Source: Acidobacteriota bacterium
GTDB lineage: Bacteria > Acidobacteriota > CAIWXX01
Length of the DNA stretch: 64,000 nucleotides
Reading direction: 5' to 3'
Assembly (NCBI GenBank): GCA_040755995.1
Contig: JBFMAF010000003.1
Span: 94,210 to 158,209 of the forward strand
Made by a program: the position numbers and the translations under genes. Below the pieces are notes generated by a model. The model was given only the letters and a program-made list of their open reading frames with translations. It was not told where the DNA came from and did not search any database. Numbering within the stretch: the first letter of the stretch is position 1; the number at the start of each line of letters is the position of its first letter. Below, piece after piece: positions 39,825-50,810 of the stretch.

Positions 39825-40759
39825 ACAAAGACGCGGTGATCGACATCCGCGGGATGACGGTTCAGTACGGGGACCTCACTGCGGTGAAGGATCTGGACAT
39901 GCAGGTGTTCAGCGGCCAGGTCTACGGACTCATCGGCCCGAATGGCGCCGGGAAGACAACAACCATCCGAGTCCTCGCCACGCTGCAGGTGCCTCAGCGC
40001 GGAAGCGTGAAAATCTCCGGCGTCGATGCGCTCCAATCGCCCGCCGCCGTGAGGCCGCTCATCGGATACATGCCTGACTTCTTCGGTGTCTACGACAGCC
40101 TGAAGGTGAGTGAGTATCTCGATTTCTTTGGACGGACGTATGCCATTGACGAGGTCGAGCTGAAAGACAGAATCGGCGACCTGCTCTCCCTCACGAATCT
40201 CGAAGCCAAGCGCGACTCGTATGTGGAGGGGCTGTCGCGCGGCATGAAGCAGCGCCTTTGCCTGGCTCGGGCGCTCCTCCACGATCCACCCGTCCTGCTG
40301 CTCGACGAACCGGCCTCTGGACTCGATCCGAAGGCGCGCATCGAGATGCGCGAGCTGATCAAGCAATTGCGCCAGAAAGGGAAGACCATATTGGTCTCGT
40401 CGCACATTCTCACGGAGCTTGCCGACATCTGCACGCACGTCGGCATGATCGAGCTGGGTCAGATGGTCGTCTCGGGTGCGGTCGAGGCGCTGTTAGCCGA
40501 ACAGCACCGGAGGCGCGTCCTGTCTCTGCGCGTGAGGAATGTCGGACTCGCCATCCAGAGCATAGAATCGATGCAGGACGCGCAGGTGCTGTCGAGCTCC
40601 GAGGACGTCGTGCGGGCCAGCATCGAGGACGACGACGCCGTTGCCGAGGCGCTGATCACGACGATGGTACAGGCTGGTGTCGGGCTGCTTAGCGCGTCCG
40701 AGGTCAAGGATACGCTCGAGTCGCTCTTCCTGGCCCGGACGAAGGGGCAGGTCTGTTGA
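39821..40759 (+). CDS. ABC transporter ATP-binding protein
   Basis: GPNGAGKTT, LSRGMKQR, LLLDEP, SSH. Confidence 0.97.
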   Translation: MNKDAVIDIRGMTVQYGDLTAVKDLDMQVFSGQVYGLIGPNGAGKTTTIRVLATLQVPQRGSVKISGVDALQSPAAVRPLIGYMPDFFGVYDSLKVSEYLDFFGRTYAIDEVELKDRIGDLLSLTNLEAKRDSYVEGLSRGMKQRLCLARALLHDPPVLLLDEPASGLDPKARIEMRELIKQLRQKGKTILVSSHILTELADICTHVGMIELGQMVVSGAVEALLAEQHRRRVLSLRVRNVGLAIQSIESMQDAQVLSSSEDVVRASIEDDDAVAEALITTMVQAGVGLLSASEVKDTLESLFLARTKGQVC

Positions 40760-42279
40760 GGCGCCCTATGTCTACGGCCCTGCTCACAAAGGAGATCCGC
40801 ACGAGGATGCGGGGCAAGACGGTTTTCATTCTGCAGAATCTGTACCTACTTCTTCTGTTCGGAATCTTGCTTCTGATGCTTCAGGACGCGGCGGTCGGGG
40901 AATACGGATGGATCGTGGGCCGGAGCTTGTTCGAGTTCATCTTGGGATTCCAACTTGTTGTCCTCATCCTGATCGGCCCGAGTATCACGGCTTCTGCGAT
41001 CACCATGGAGAGGGACCAGAGGACGTGGGATCTCCTCACCAGTACGCCGCTGACCATGAAGAGGATCGTTTGGAGCAAGTTCGTGGCTTCGCTGTCGTAC
41101 CTGCTGGTGCTGCTGTGCGTCTCCCTTCCCGGCAGTTCCATCTGTCTCATCCTTGGCGGCACATCGCCGACCGAGCTTCTCTTCGCCTACCTGCTGAGCG
41201 CTCTGGCTGTATTCGCCGCAGGAGCTGTCGGGCTCTACGTGTCCTCCTGCTTTCACCGCACGATAGCATCGGTGCCGGTGGCAGGAGCCTCGATCCTGTT
41301 CCTCTTCGCAATTTCATCCATACTGGTGGGCCAGCTTTCGGATGCCGTGAAGATGTGGAATCCGCTCTATGCCTTTGGTCACCTGACGGGATCCTGGGGG
41401 GTCTCGTGGTATCGATCGGAGATCCCGTTCTGGGTGCCGTCGTTCGTACTGCTGACACTGAGTGCATTCGCGCTCATCGAAACAGCAGAGCAGCATGCGA
41501 AGCTGCCTGAGAGAGCTGACCACCGCCTGGGCAAGCTGCTCACGTTTCTGCTCATCGCGTCCGCCTTCCTGTTCCAGATTGGGGGGACGTACCCTGACCG
41601 ACTGGATGCCGGAGTGGTCAGCGGCTGGCAGCTCGATACCCTCGCCTATGTAATGAGAGTCGGACTGTTGCTCATGTTGGTCTTCCCCGTGGGAATCCCC
41701 ACACCCATCGACCACGATCAACTTCGCCGCAGGGCGCGCAGATCACTGCTCTGGCGGTTCTTCGGCGGCAACCTCTTGGCTGGCGGACCGTTCATACTGC
41801 TGCTCTCAGCGACGGTGCTGGCGGTGCTCTGGGTCTCCTCGCTATGGCTACCGGCGGTCCCGGAAGGAGCGAGTCAGATGGCCCGTGCGGCTGCGTTGAT
41901 CTGCGCCGTCCTGGCGTTCTTCGGATCTGCCGGCTTGCTGCTCTCTTTTACTCCCAGGCTCTCCGGGCGCTTCGTTCCGCGTCTCATCCTTGGTGTTCTG
42001 CTGGCGGCGGTACTCTTTCTCCCGCCGTACTGCGTGCAGCTGATCCACAGAGACGATGAGGGAGGGCTCAGCTACAGCCGCGTGGATGCGCTGTACTTGA
42101 TGTCCCCTACGGACGCGTTATGGTACCTTCGCAACCCCACACCCTATCTCAAACACCCATTCGTGAAGACTCTCTCGAACACGGCGAGCATCACCACCTG
42201 CACGACCGTGCTTTATTTCGGTCTATCTGCATTGCTGTTGATCCTGCTGAGATACCGCCTGCGATCGTCTCGGCCATGA
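40756..42279 (+). CDS. ABC-2 type permease
   Basis: KEIRTRMRG, AITMERDQRTWDLL.STP motif, many TM helices. Confidence 0.9.
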   Translation: MRRPMSTALLTKEIRTRMRGKTVFILQNLYLLLLFGILLLMLQDAAVGEYGWIVGRSLFEFILGFQLVVLILIGPSITASAITMERDQRTWDLLTSTPLTMKRIVWSKFVASLSYLLVLLCVSLPGSSICLILGGTSPTELLFAYLLSALAVFAAGAVGLYVSSCFHRTIASVPVAGASILFLFAISSILVGQLSDAVKMWNPLYAFGHLTGSWGVSWYRSEIPFWVPSFVLLTLSAFALIETAEQHAKLPERADHRLGKLLTFLLIASAFLFQIGGTYPDRLDAGVVSGWQLDTLAYVMRVGLLLMLVFPVGIPTPIDHDQLRRRARRSLLWRFFGGNLLAGGPFILLLSATVLAVLWVSSLWLPAVPEGASQMARAAALICAVLAFFGSAGLLLSFTPRLSGRFVPRLILGVLLAAVLFLPPYCVQLIHRDDEGGLSYSRVDALYLMSPTDALWYLRNPTPYLKHPFVKTLSNTASITTCTTVLYFGLSALLLILLRYRLRSSRP

Positions 42280-42331
42280 AATCCGACGACTCAGGCCGAG
42301 GAGCTCGCTCATCATCAGTGTCGTTGGTTCC

Positions 42332-43063
42332 GTGACGCCGAGAGGAGCTGGCATCGCAAGAGTCGTCCTGTTCTGCATCCCGTTCGTGCTCGCCGCGTTC
42401 TTCGTGACCGTCAAGTGCCTCGTGCCACGGAGTTACGAACGTATGATCCAGGAAGACCACCTCGTCGAGTACGCACAGTCCGCAATCTACTTCCTCGCTT
42501 CCATGATCACGGCGTGCTCGGTGAAGAGGTTCTTCGGATCCGGGAGGCGGGGCGCTGCAGTACTGTATGTCCTGCTTGCCGTCGGGCTGATGTTTGTAGC
42601 CTGCGAGGAGATAAGCTGGGGACAGAGGCTCTTCAATCTGGGGGCGCCTGAGCTCTTCCGGAGAAACAACTACCAGCAGGAGCTCACGATCCACAACATG
42701 GCCCCCGTCCAGGGATACCTTCATTGGATCTACATTGCCGTCGGGTTCTACGGGTCCTTCCTGTGGCTGGTCGTTCCACACCTCCGCTCGCAGATCCCGA
42801 CATCAACTGTACGACTATTCGTACCCGATTGGTACATCAGCTCCTACTTCATCCCCGTGTTCGCCGTATATTCTTGCTATGAGGCGCTCTTTCGCGTGGC
42901 GGTGAGATGCGGCCTGGATTCGTTCCGGCTCGGCGGGTTCTTCGTCTGGCGCGATCAGGAACCGGCGGAGCTCATACTTGCCCTGGGATTCCTCTTATTC
43001 GCTCTGAACGCCGGCGTGCGACAGACCACGGATCAGCTCATCGAATCTGTGTTGCCCTCATGA
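42332..43063 (+). CDS. Integral membrane protein
   Basis: EDHLVE, EEISWGQR, NYQQE.TIHN motifs with multiple TM helices. Confidence 0.8.
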   Translation: MTPRGAGIARVVLFCIPFVLAAFFVTVKCLVPRSYERMIQEDHLVEYAQSAIYFLASMITACSVKRFFGSGRRGAAVLYVLLAVGLMFVACEEISWGQRLFNLGAPELFRRNNYQQELTIHNMAPVQGYLHWIYIAVGFYGSFLWLVVPHLRSQIPTSTVRLFVPDWYISSYFIPVFAVYSCYEALFRVAVRCGLDSFRLGGFFVWRDQEPAELILALGFLLFALNAGVRQTTDQLIESVLPS

Positions 43064-43083
43064 CGCGCTGCATAGCGCTGCTC

Positions 43084-43665
43084 TCACCGGGAGGGTGCGG
43101 GCGTGGCCGCGGGCGCCTCTTGTTTCTTCCACGTGCCTTGAGCAAGCGTCCAGCGATGGATCTCCCTCCGCACCGACTTCCGCTCAGGATGACTGTTCAG
43201 GACCTTCTTCTTGTATTCGTCCACCGGATCCTTCATCCGCTCACTGTTGTGGATGAAGTTGTACTGCTGCTCGGCAATCACCGGCGTGATTCCCACTTCC
43301 ACGCTCAATCCGTCGCTGGTGATCACGGCACCCAGAGGCACCATGAGCTCAGCGGAGCTTATTATCGGCCGGTCCTCCGGCGTCTTTGAGGTTTTCGTCC
43401 TGGAATCGGCGGTTCTCGTAGAGGCCTCGACTCTGCCCATCGCGAGGTAGACGGCCTGTACTCGCGCGTTCTTCATCAGTTCGGGAACCATCTCCCAGTT
43501 TTCGCACACCGCCAGGATCTCGCGTTCCGTTCGATCACTGAAGTAGTTGACGAAGTTCCAGTCGTCGTAGTACTGCACGATCTCCTTCGGAATCTGCTCC
43601 TCTGCCGATCCAACCGCCACGATCGAAAGCACGAACATCCCCAGCAACATGACACGCCTCATCAC
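43084..43665 (-). CDS. Secreted hypothetical protein
   Basis: Signal peptide MRRVMLLGMFVLSIVAVGSA; fills the gap between genes. Confidence 0.7.
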   Translation of the reverse strand: MMRRVMLLGMFVLSIVAVGSAEEQIPKEIVQYYDDWNFVNYFSDRTEREILAVCENWEMVPELMKNARVQAVYLAMGRVEASTRTADSRTKTSKTPEDRPIISSAELMVPLGAVITSDGLSVEVGITPVIAEQQYNFIHNSERMKDPVDEYKKKVLNSHPERKSVRREIHRWTLAQGTWKKQEAPAATPAPSR

Positions 43666-43775
43666 TCTGCCTCCAGTCCAACCGAGCCGGTCACGACCAT
43701 GTTGCGCGTTAATCTACACCAGCGGCGCGCTCGCAACAATGGAGGTCTGCCGGTACATCAGCGCCGTCTTGCGGT

Positions 43776-46298
43776 CTAGTCGGCGGATTTGATCTTCATC
43801 AGGAACAGGCTGCTTCTCAAGTAGCCGCTCCTTGTGCGCTCGCCCGTGACAACGAAGCCTCCGTCTCGCGCCTCCACCATCGCGCATGGAGCGAGGCCGT
43901 GTCCGGCCAGAGCAATCCTCTTCTCCCACTCCACCGTACCTTCGTCATCGGTCCGGACGAGGTAGATGGCGGGGAGCGAATCCCCGGCCGGCCGATCCGA
44001 TGCGAGGACTGCAAAGCCTCCGTCGCTCAGCTGCCGGGTACACACGCCCGACTCGTCCCCTTCTCCGCCAAAGTGTCGCTCCCAAAGTGCGTTGCCCTGC
44101 GCGTCGGTCCTGACGAAGAAGACGTCGTCTCCGGTCGCCTCAGTCGATGAGGCCGTGCCGGTCGCGGCAAAGCCACCGTCATGTGTCCTCATGATGAATT
44201 GGCCGCTCTCCTTCCTCTTGCCACCGAAGGTCGCTCTCCAGGCGAGCGTGCCGTTCGGGTTGAGGGAGACCAACAGCAGGTCCTTGAACGTGGTTCCGAG
44301 GTTCCTCACTTCGCCTGCAGCAGCGACGGCACCGGAGACCTCCTGGCAGAGCGCCGTCAGCTCGCCGTCCCCTCCGACGATGTCCCTGACGATCCTCTGA
44401 GAGACCGCAGCACCCGACGCGTCGGTCTCGAATATGCACACGCCCGAGTCGGCAAGTCCTGCCACGGTGTAGCCGCCGTTATCCTTCTCCACTGCGGAAT
44501 AGCCCCACTCCTCGGCTCCCTCTTCTCCAAGGCTTCTCTCCCACTCCACAGCGCCGGAGGACGACAGTTTGGCAACATAGATCCTGCTCGCCTGCGATGC
44601 ATCCAAGGTACCAATTGGCGGTCTCGAGCCGCCGACCAGCAGATATCCCCCGTCCCGCGTCGGCACCGCCGACTCGCCGTAGTCCCAGCGTTCAGTGCCG
44701 TACGAGCTCCGCCATTGAACACCGCCTGCTTCATCGCTCTTGAGCACCAGCACCTGTACGTCGTTGCCACGCATGGCGCGGCCGATGATGAGATACCCGC
44801 CATCGCGCGTCGGGATGACACCCGTGCCGACAACCGATTCGAATTCAGGCTCGCCCTCCACCGTCCGGTCCCATTCGACGTCAGGCCGGGCAACGGGCAC
44901 GGGTGCCGTCTCAACAGGCGACTGTCGCTCATCGCGCACGAGCCGCGCATCAAGCCAGAGCTTGTTCAGGAGAAACACCGCGCCGATGCTTGCGAGCACG
45001 ATGAAGGGCGAGGCGAAGAGTAGCGCCAATGCGAGCTCGTCCCGGGAGATTCTTCCTTTCTTCCCCGCCTGCTCGAGCGTCGGCGGTATGATCGCCCTGA
45101 TAATGAGCTCCTCCTCGCGCCTCTGCACGCCAGCCGCCTGCAGGGCCTGGACGATGGTTTCCGCAGCCTTCAGGGCCTGGTTGCCGAGTTGGTCGGTGAG
45201 CCAGATGCAGAGCCTGGACCCGTCCAGCATCGTGAGGCGAATGCCGCCATAGCCAGTCCCCGACAGAATCGAGGCTCTGCCGACGGCACCGATCCGCTGG
45301 CTCCCGCTCGTACCCAGAGCGGCCACCCACGAAGCAGCGATCAGCCACTTCGGCGGCAGCAGCTTCACTGGTTCGAACGACACGATCTCCCGGAAGAAGT
45401 AGTCTCTCGCACCCCCCGGGCCGGCAACCCGCAGGCGATCCTCCAACGGCTGGAGCCAGTAGCCGGCATACCATGCCATGTACTGAAGCAACCAAACGCC
45501 TACGAATGCGAGGGGCCAGATCACTAGAATGACGAACCACGCGCTGGTGATGGCCTGGACGATTCCCCCGACGATGAAGAAGGGCAAGCCGAAGAAGACG
45601 ACGAAAAGAAGGAGACCCAGGAAATCAGACAACACACAGCGCCAGCGCGCACAATAGACGGCACCGCCAGGCCTTGTGGGCTGCGGAAGAGCGATGTAGA
45701 ACGCGATGCCGATCAGAAACAACCATAGGCTGAAGCGGCGATAGGGAAACAGGAACCGCGTCGGCGGCCTTGGAGTTCGCCTGAACCCTGACCCGAAGGC
45801 GAAATCATCACTGCTGTAAACGTAGTATTGCACTCGCAGGTAGTCCTTGTGCCCCTCGCCAGCCGTCACGAGATAAGCGACCTGCCCATCCTCGGAGAAT
45901 CTTCTCTCGATCGAGCGGATAGGGGGTTCCCCAGGCCGGAAGAACAGGTGTTTGCTGAACGGGGAGGCATCATCGGGGCTGAGCCGGCCGGCTGACCCTC
46001 CCTGCGTCCCCTCGCCCTTGCTCGCGCTCATCACAGATTGGCAGAACTCGGCCCACACCGGACCGGTTACCTCGATCAGTTTTCCCGCTGTCACCTCGCC
46101 GATGTACTCCTCGAGCGGAAGCTGCCGCAGATACTGCTCCTGCTCTGTCGCGAAGCCGGTGAACGAACCCTCCTCCCTCTGCTCCTCCGCGAAATCCACG
46201 GGTACGACCGACACAAGCGGCTCGAGTGAGGCGTAGAAGGCTGATAAGATTGCCGCGGCCGTCATGCCCACCAGCACCAATCGACGTGCACGTTCCAT
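43776..46298 (-). CDS. Multi-pass membrane protein with a C-terminal beta-propeller-like repeat domain
   Basis: GAGGAGG RBS; TM helices; repeated T.DGG(Y/F)...K.D..G...W.. blades. Confidence 0.8.
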   Translation of the reverse strand: MERARRLVLVGMTAAAILSAFYASLEPLVSVVPVDFAEEQREEGSFTGFATEQEQYLRQLPLEEYIGEVTAGKLIEVTGPVWAEFCQSVMSASKGEGTQGGSAGRLSPDDASPFSKHLFFRPGEPPIRSIERRFSEDGQVAYLVTAGEGHKDYLRVQYYVYSSDDFAFGSGFRRTPRPPTRFLFPYRRFSLWLFLIGIAFYIALPQPTRPGGAVYCARWRCVLSDFLGLLLFVVFFGLPFFIVGGIVQAITSAWFVILVIWPLAFVGVWLLQYMAWYAGYWLQPLEDRLRVAGPGGARDYFFREIVSFEPVKLLPPKWLIAASWVAALGTSGSQRIGAVGRASILSGTGYGGIRLTMLDGSRLCIWLTDQLGNQALKAAETIVQALQAAGVQRREEELIIRAIIPPTLEQAGKKGRISRDELALALLFASPFIVLASIGAVFLLNKLWLDARLVRDERQSPVETAPVPVARPDVEWDRTVEGEPEFESVVGTGVIPTRDGGYLIIGRAMRGNDVQVLVLKSDEAGGVQWRSSYGTERWDYGESAVPTRDGGYLLVGGSRPPIGTLDASQASRIYVAKLSSSGAVEWERSLGEEGAEEWGYSAVEKDNGGYTVAGLADSGVCIFETDASGAAVSQRIVRDIVGGDGELTALCQEVSGAVAAAGEVRNLGTTFKDLLLVSLNPNGTLAWRATFGGKRKESGQFIMRTHDGGFAATGTASSTEATGDDVFFVRTDAQGNALWERHFGGEGDESGVCTRQLSDGGFAVLASDRPAGDSLPAIYLVRTDDEGTVEWEKRIALAGHGLAPCAMVEARDGGFVVTGERTRSGYLRSSLFLMKIKSAD

Positions 46299-46631
46299 GA
46301 TCTTCCTCCTCTTGGCGCAGCAGTCTGCCCGTGAGGACGCCCTCCTATTGTACATGCGGCAGCGTCGAGCTTCGACAGGAAACTGAAACTGCGGGACAGC
46401 CTCTTCACCAGGGACTCTGCACAATCGCGCATTTCCGCACAACCGCCGGATTGTGGGTCAGTCAGGTCCGTTCCTTGAGGGTCGCTCCTCTGTGTGGTAT
46501 AAACCGAAGTCCCGGGGATTGAATGCACACCGAGACCTTTCACAACTCAGCGCACACCGGCGGCTGCGAGCTCTGCCGAATCGGCCCGCCGCCGGTTGGG
46601 CGCCGCGCTCGCGCGGTCTGACGGACTCAGA

Positions 46632-49577
46632 ATGCCGGCGTCTCGCGAGCTGCTGATCCCGGGCTCGCGCCTCCGCGAGTACGAGATAATCGAGCCGATC
46701 GCGCGCGGCGGCATGGGCGCGGTGTACAGGGCCCGCCATGTTTATCTCGAACAGGAGAGGGCCATCAAGATCATTCTGCCGAACGTGTCGGAAATGGCGG
46801 GCATGGTTGACCGCTTCATCCGGGAGGCCAGGATTCTGGTGCGGTTGCGCCACCCGAATCTGGTCCAGCTATTCGAGTTCGGCACCCTCGAGGACGGGGC
46901 TTTCTTCATGATACTGGAGCTGATACGCGGCGAGAGCGTGCTCCAGCGCCTCCAACGGATCCAGCGAGTCCCCGTCAGCGATGCCATCAGGATCGTCCGC
47001 GAGGCAGGCCAGGGCCTCGCCGCGGCGCACTCCCAGGGGATAGTGCACCGCGACATCGCTCCGGACAACCTCCTGCTTGTCCAATCGGAGCAAGGCAAGG
47101 AGATAACGAAGGTGATCGACTTCGGCATCGCCAAGCCGATCGTCGAGGACACACAGCACACGCTGTCGAGCGGGCTGTACGTCGGCAAGCCGCAGTACAG
47201 CAGCCCGGAGCAGTGCGGGATAATGGAGCCGGCGGTGGCCATCGACCACCGCACTGACATCTACTCGCTGGGCGTCACTCTGTATTACATGGTCACGGGC
47301 AGGCTGCCTTTCGACGCCCCGACGCCTATCGCCTACCTATTCAAGCATGTTCAGGAGACGCCTCAGCCGCCCTCCACGCACATGGCTGCGGGTGAGCTGC
47401 CCCAGGAGCTGGATGCACTCATTATGCGTGCGCTCTCCAAGCGCCGCGAGGACAGGCACGCCTCGATGGAGGAGTTTCTGAACGAGCTGGGCCGCGTGCC
47501 GTGTGAGGGCAGGGAGGAACCGGAGCGCGCGGTGGCAGGGCCCGAGGTGCTGGTGCACGAGCTGATGGTCGAGCGGCGGTACTCGCAGGCCGTCAAGATA
47601 CTGTCGGGGCTCATCGAGACCGATCCGGGCAATCCTCGTTGGAAAAAGCTGCGCGACAGGGCGTTGAACGAGAGGGCGCTGAGGGAAATCCGGCGCGCCA
47701 AGAAGCTCCTCCGCGAGAAGCAGCTCGATCGCGCCAGAACTGTGCTGGTGCGGCTGGACATCGGACAGATCCCGAGTGAAAAGGTCGCCTCGCAAGCGAA
47801 ACAGCTCTGGGAGACGCTCGAAAGAGAGATGGCCCCGGCACCACCGGAAGAGGCAACTGCGCCGATCCCGGCGCAGGCGGCCGCGCCGGATGCGGCAGAG
47901 CGCGAGGGACGACGGCGCCTCCTCGAAGCCGCCGCGCAGCTCCATCAGGAAGGGCGGGACGACGAGGCCATCGCGAACATCATGTCCGTGATGTACGACG
48001 ACCCGGAGAACGAACGCGCGAGGGAGCTCGAGATCATCGTCAGGGTGTCGATGGAGGAACGGGAGATGGCCGGGAGCGTCGCCGAGCGCGCCAGGGCCAT
48101 TGCCGACCTCGCGACATCGGACAGGATGCACGAGGCTCGCGACAGGATCAAGGAGCTGCAGTCATTCACGGCCGATACGAGCTTCGAGGAGGCGAGCGAG
48201 AGGCTGAGCGCCGACACGCTCCAGCTCATCGCAGCCATCGAGAGCGGAAGCTATGAGCCGGCCTCGCAGACGTTGCGCGGCATGGCGGCAAGGCATCCCC
48301 TGCTCGCCCCCGTTAAGGAGGCTCTACAGGAGTACGCCGGCCGTCTGGAGACGCGGCATCGCCGATGGATCTTCGATCAGTATGTGGCGGCGGGCCGCCA
48401 GGCGATGGGAGAGAGCCGGTGGGCCAATGCAATCGAGTACTTCGACTTCGCCCTTCAGCTCGACGTGGACGATGAACCGGCGCGCCAGAAGGCGGCCGAA
48501 GAACGGGCGAGCGCCGAGGCAGCTGCGGCCAGGGAGAGACGGCTCCGGTCGCTTCTCTATCAGATCGACAGCGCGCTGCGCGCGGAGAGTTGGGACCAGG
48601 CGCTCGAGGTCTGCAACCAGGTGCTCGGGGGAGAGTTCGCGCTGGTGATACGCGAGGAGGAGATCGAGTGGGTTCGCAAGGCCATCGAGCGCGCCAACCT
48701 GCCGCGGATTGAGAAGGAGTTGTCGGCGGCGGAGGAACTCTGGTCGGCAGGTGACCTTGTCGGCGCTCGCGACCGGTACAGTCGAATCCTCGAGGCCTTT
48801 CCTCAGCAGGTGGCTGCATCGCAGGGACTGCGCGAGCTCGAGGATCTGCTCCGGCGCTTCAATTCGGCGGTCGATCGAGCCTCACAGCTGTTCGAGCGGG
48901 ACCAGCGGGAGGAGGCGCTTCGGCTATGGTTGGAGGCCTTGAACATGTGCCCGCAGGAGCACCGGGTCCGGGAGAAGATCGTCGAGGTCGAGACGCTGAT
49001 CGAGCGCGAGCAGGCCGCCCGCAGGCTCTTCCGCCAGTGCTCCGATGAGTGCCGGGCGTTCCTGGCTTCGAACCAGCTTGACGCGGCGCGTCAGGCGCTC
49101 GACCGCTCCGAGGCCTGCATCCGCCCGGGACTGCGCCTCGACGACCTCCGCATCGAACTAGTGGCGCTGCAGAGCGATCTGGAGAGGCGGGTCGAGAAAG
49201 AGAACCTCAGGCAGAAGCTGCTCGGCGACTTCCTGGCGTCCGCCAGGCGGCTCTATGAGGCAGGCGAGCTTGAATCAGCGCTTGGAAAGACGCAGGACCT
49301 GTTGAGAGCCGCCCCGGGAAACGAAGATGCATCGCGACTGAGACAGGCGATAGAGACTCAGCTCACCAAGGAACGCGTGGCTCGGCAGGTGTTTGCGAAG
49401 CAGTCCAGGAGGTGCCGGCAGAGTCTCGTCGCCGGAGACCTGGAAGACGCGCGCGTTGCGCTCAGGGAATGCCAGGCATGCCTGCAGCCGGAGCTTCGGC
49501 TGGAAGACCTTCGCATCGAGCTTGCCGTGTTGTATTCGGAGGTCGAGGAGGCGGCGGACGCAACGGGTCCGCGGTAG
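46632..49577 (+). CDS. Hanks-type Ser/Thr protein kinase with a long TPR-like helical tail
   Basis: IARGGMGAVY, AIK, HRDIAPDN, DFG, YSSPEQ, DIYSLG. Confidence 0.95.
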   Translation: MPASRELLIPGSRLREYEIIEPIARGGMGAVYRARHVYLEQERAIKIILPNVSEMAGMVDRFIREARILVRLRHPNLVQLFEFGTLEDGAFFMILELIRGESVLQRLQRIQRVPVSDAIRIVREAGQGLAAAHSQGIVHRDIAPDNLLLVQSEQGKEITKVIDFGIAKPIVEDTQHTLSSGLYVGKPQYSSPEQCGIMEPAVAIDHRTDIYSLGVTLYYMVTGRLPFDAPTPIAYLFKHVQETPQPPSTHMAAGELPQELDALIMRALSKRREDRHASMEEFLNELGRVPCEGREEPERAVAGPEVLVHELMVERRYSQAVKILSGLIETDPGNPRWKKLRDRALNERALREIRRAKKLLREKQLDRARTVLVRLDIGQIPSEKVASQAKQLWETLEREMAPAPPEEATAPIPAQAAAPDAAEREGRRRLLEAAAQLHQEGRDDEAIANIMSVMYDDPENERARELEIIVRVSMEEREMAGSVAERARAIADLATSDRMHEARDRIKELQSFTADTSFEEASERLSADTLQLIAAIESGSYEPASQTLRGMAARHPLLAPVKEALQEYAGRLETRHRRWIFDQYVAAGRQAMGESRWANAIEYFDFALQLDVDDEPARQKAAEERASAEAAAARERRLRSLLYQIDSALRAESWDQALEVCNQVLGGEFALVIREEEIEWVRKAIERANLPRIEKELSAAEELWSAGDLVGARDRYSRILEAFPQQVAASQGLRELEDLLRRFNSAVDRASQLFERDQREEALRLWLEALNMCPQEHRVREKIVEVETLIEREQAARRLFRQCSDECRAFLASNQLDAARQALDRSEACIRPGLRLDDLRIELVALQSDLERRVEKENLRQKLLGDFLASARRLYEAGELESALGKTQDLLRAAPGNEDASRLRQAIETQLTKERVARQVFAKQSRRCRQSLVAGDLEDARVALRECQACLQPELRLEDLRIELAVLYSEVEEAADATGPR

Positions 49578-49598
49578 GATCCGGACCGGCGCACCACG

Positions 49599-49895
49599 CT
49601 ACGCGTCATGCGGCAGAGATTGCACGTCCAGCGTTTCTCGACGGCGGCCGCTCCTCACCTCGACGCACACCACTCTGTCGGTGATGGTCAGGTTCACGTG
49701 GAACCTGCGGCTCTCGGAACCCCTGCGCTTCGTCTCCTCCTGGAACCAGACTCCGATTGTCGCCTCGACGCGCTCCGCGTCGGCGGCAGCCACGCCAAAC
49801 GCATCGAGCGCCTGGCGGCTCGATGCGAGCAGCATCGGCGCATATGCCTCGTCCGGAGGGACCGAGATGCTGACGTCAGGGGTGGTTTGCTGCAT
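49599..49895 (-). CDS. Small hypothetical protein, degenerate anti-sigma/HATPase-like
   Basis: 98 aa downstream of sucD; weak pattern resemblance only. Confidence 0.45.
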   Translation of the reverse strand: MQQTTPDVSISVPPDEAYAPMLLASSRQALDAFGVAAADAERVEATIGVWFQEETKRRGSESRRFHVNLTITDRVVCVEVRSGRRRETLDVQSLPHDA

Positions 49896-49904
49896 TGTCG
49901 AAAC

Positions 49905-49929
49905 GGGGGCGGCCGCGAGCGCCGCCCCC
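49905..49929 (-). terminator. GC-rich stem-loop downstream of sucD
   Basis: GGGGGCGGC / GCCGCCCCC, a 9-bp perfect inverted repeat followed by a short T run on the minus strand. Confidence 0.55.
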
Positions 49930-49936
49930 TGCGTGA

Positions 49937-50806
49937 CTACCCGAGTGCTTCCTTGATTTTGTCGCCTATATCGGCGGGGCTGTTCGACACGATGATCCCG
50001 GCTTCGCCCAAGATGCGCACCTTCTCGGCGGCCGTGTCTTTGCCTCCGGAGATGATGGCTCCGGCGTGACCCATTCGCCGCCCCGGCGGTGCCGTCTGAC
50101 CCGCAATGAATCCGACGACGGGCAGCTTACAGTTGGCCGTGATGAACTCGGCGGCCTCCTGCTCGGCCGAGCCGCCGATCTCTCCGATCAGAACGATGGC
50201 TTTGGTGTCGGGGTCCTTGATGAACAGCGCGAGCAGGTCGACGAAGGTGGAGCCTATGATCGGATCGCCGCCGATTCCGATGCAGGTGGACTGTCCGATG
50301 CCGAGGCAGGTCAGTTGATGGACCGCCTCGTAGGTCAGTGTGCCCGATCTCGAGATGACACCGACCGGCCCCTGCTTGTGGATGTGTCCCGGCATGATGC
50401 CCATCTTGGCCTTGCCGGGCGAGATGATGCCCGGGCAGTTCGGCCCGATCAGACGGGTCTTGCTGCGGTTCAGCACGTGCTTGACTTTGAGCATGTCGGA
50501 GGCAGGGATGCCTTCGGTGATGCAGACGACGAGGTCCATTCCGGCGTCGACGGCTTCGAGGACCGCGTCGGCCGCGAAGAGCGGCGGGACGAAGATCAGA
50601 GAGGCGTTGACGCTCTCCTTGTCGACCGCTTCCGCCACAGTGTTGAAGACCGGGATGCCGTCGACCGACATTCCGCCCTTGCCGGGTGTCACGCCGGCGA
50701 CCACCTTGGTACCGTAGGCGACGCAGTTCTTTGCGTGGAAGGTGCCTTCCTTGCCCGTGATTCCCTGGACAACGACCCTGGTTTTTTCGTCTAGCAGTAT
50801 GCTCAT
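49937..50806 (-). CDS. sucD: Succinyl-CoA ligase alpha subunit
   Basis: [34 protein letters not shown]. Confidence 0.99.
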   Translation of the reverse strand: MSILLDEKTRVVVQGITGKEGTFHAKNCVAYGTKVVAGVTPGKGGMSVDGIPVFNTVAEAVDKESVNASLIFVPPLFAADAVLEAVDAGMDLVVCITEGIPASDMLKVKHVLNRSKTRLIGPNCPGIISPGKAKMGIMPGHIHKQGPVGVISRSGTLTYEAVHQLTCLGIGQSTCIGIGGDPIIGSTFVDLLALFIKDPDTKAIVLIGEIGGSAEQEAAEFITANCKLPVVGFIAGQTAPPGRRMGHAGAIISGGKDTAAEKVRILGEAGIIVSNSPADIGDKIKEALG

Positions 50807-50810
50807 GTGA

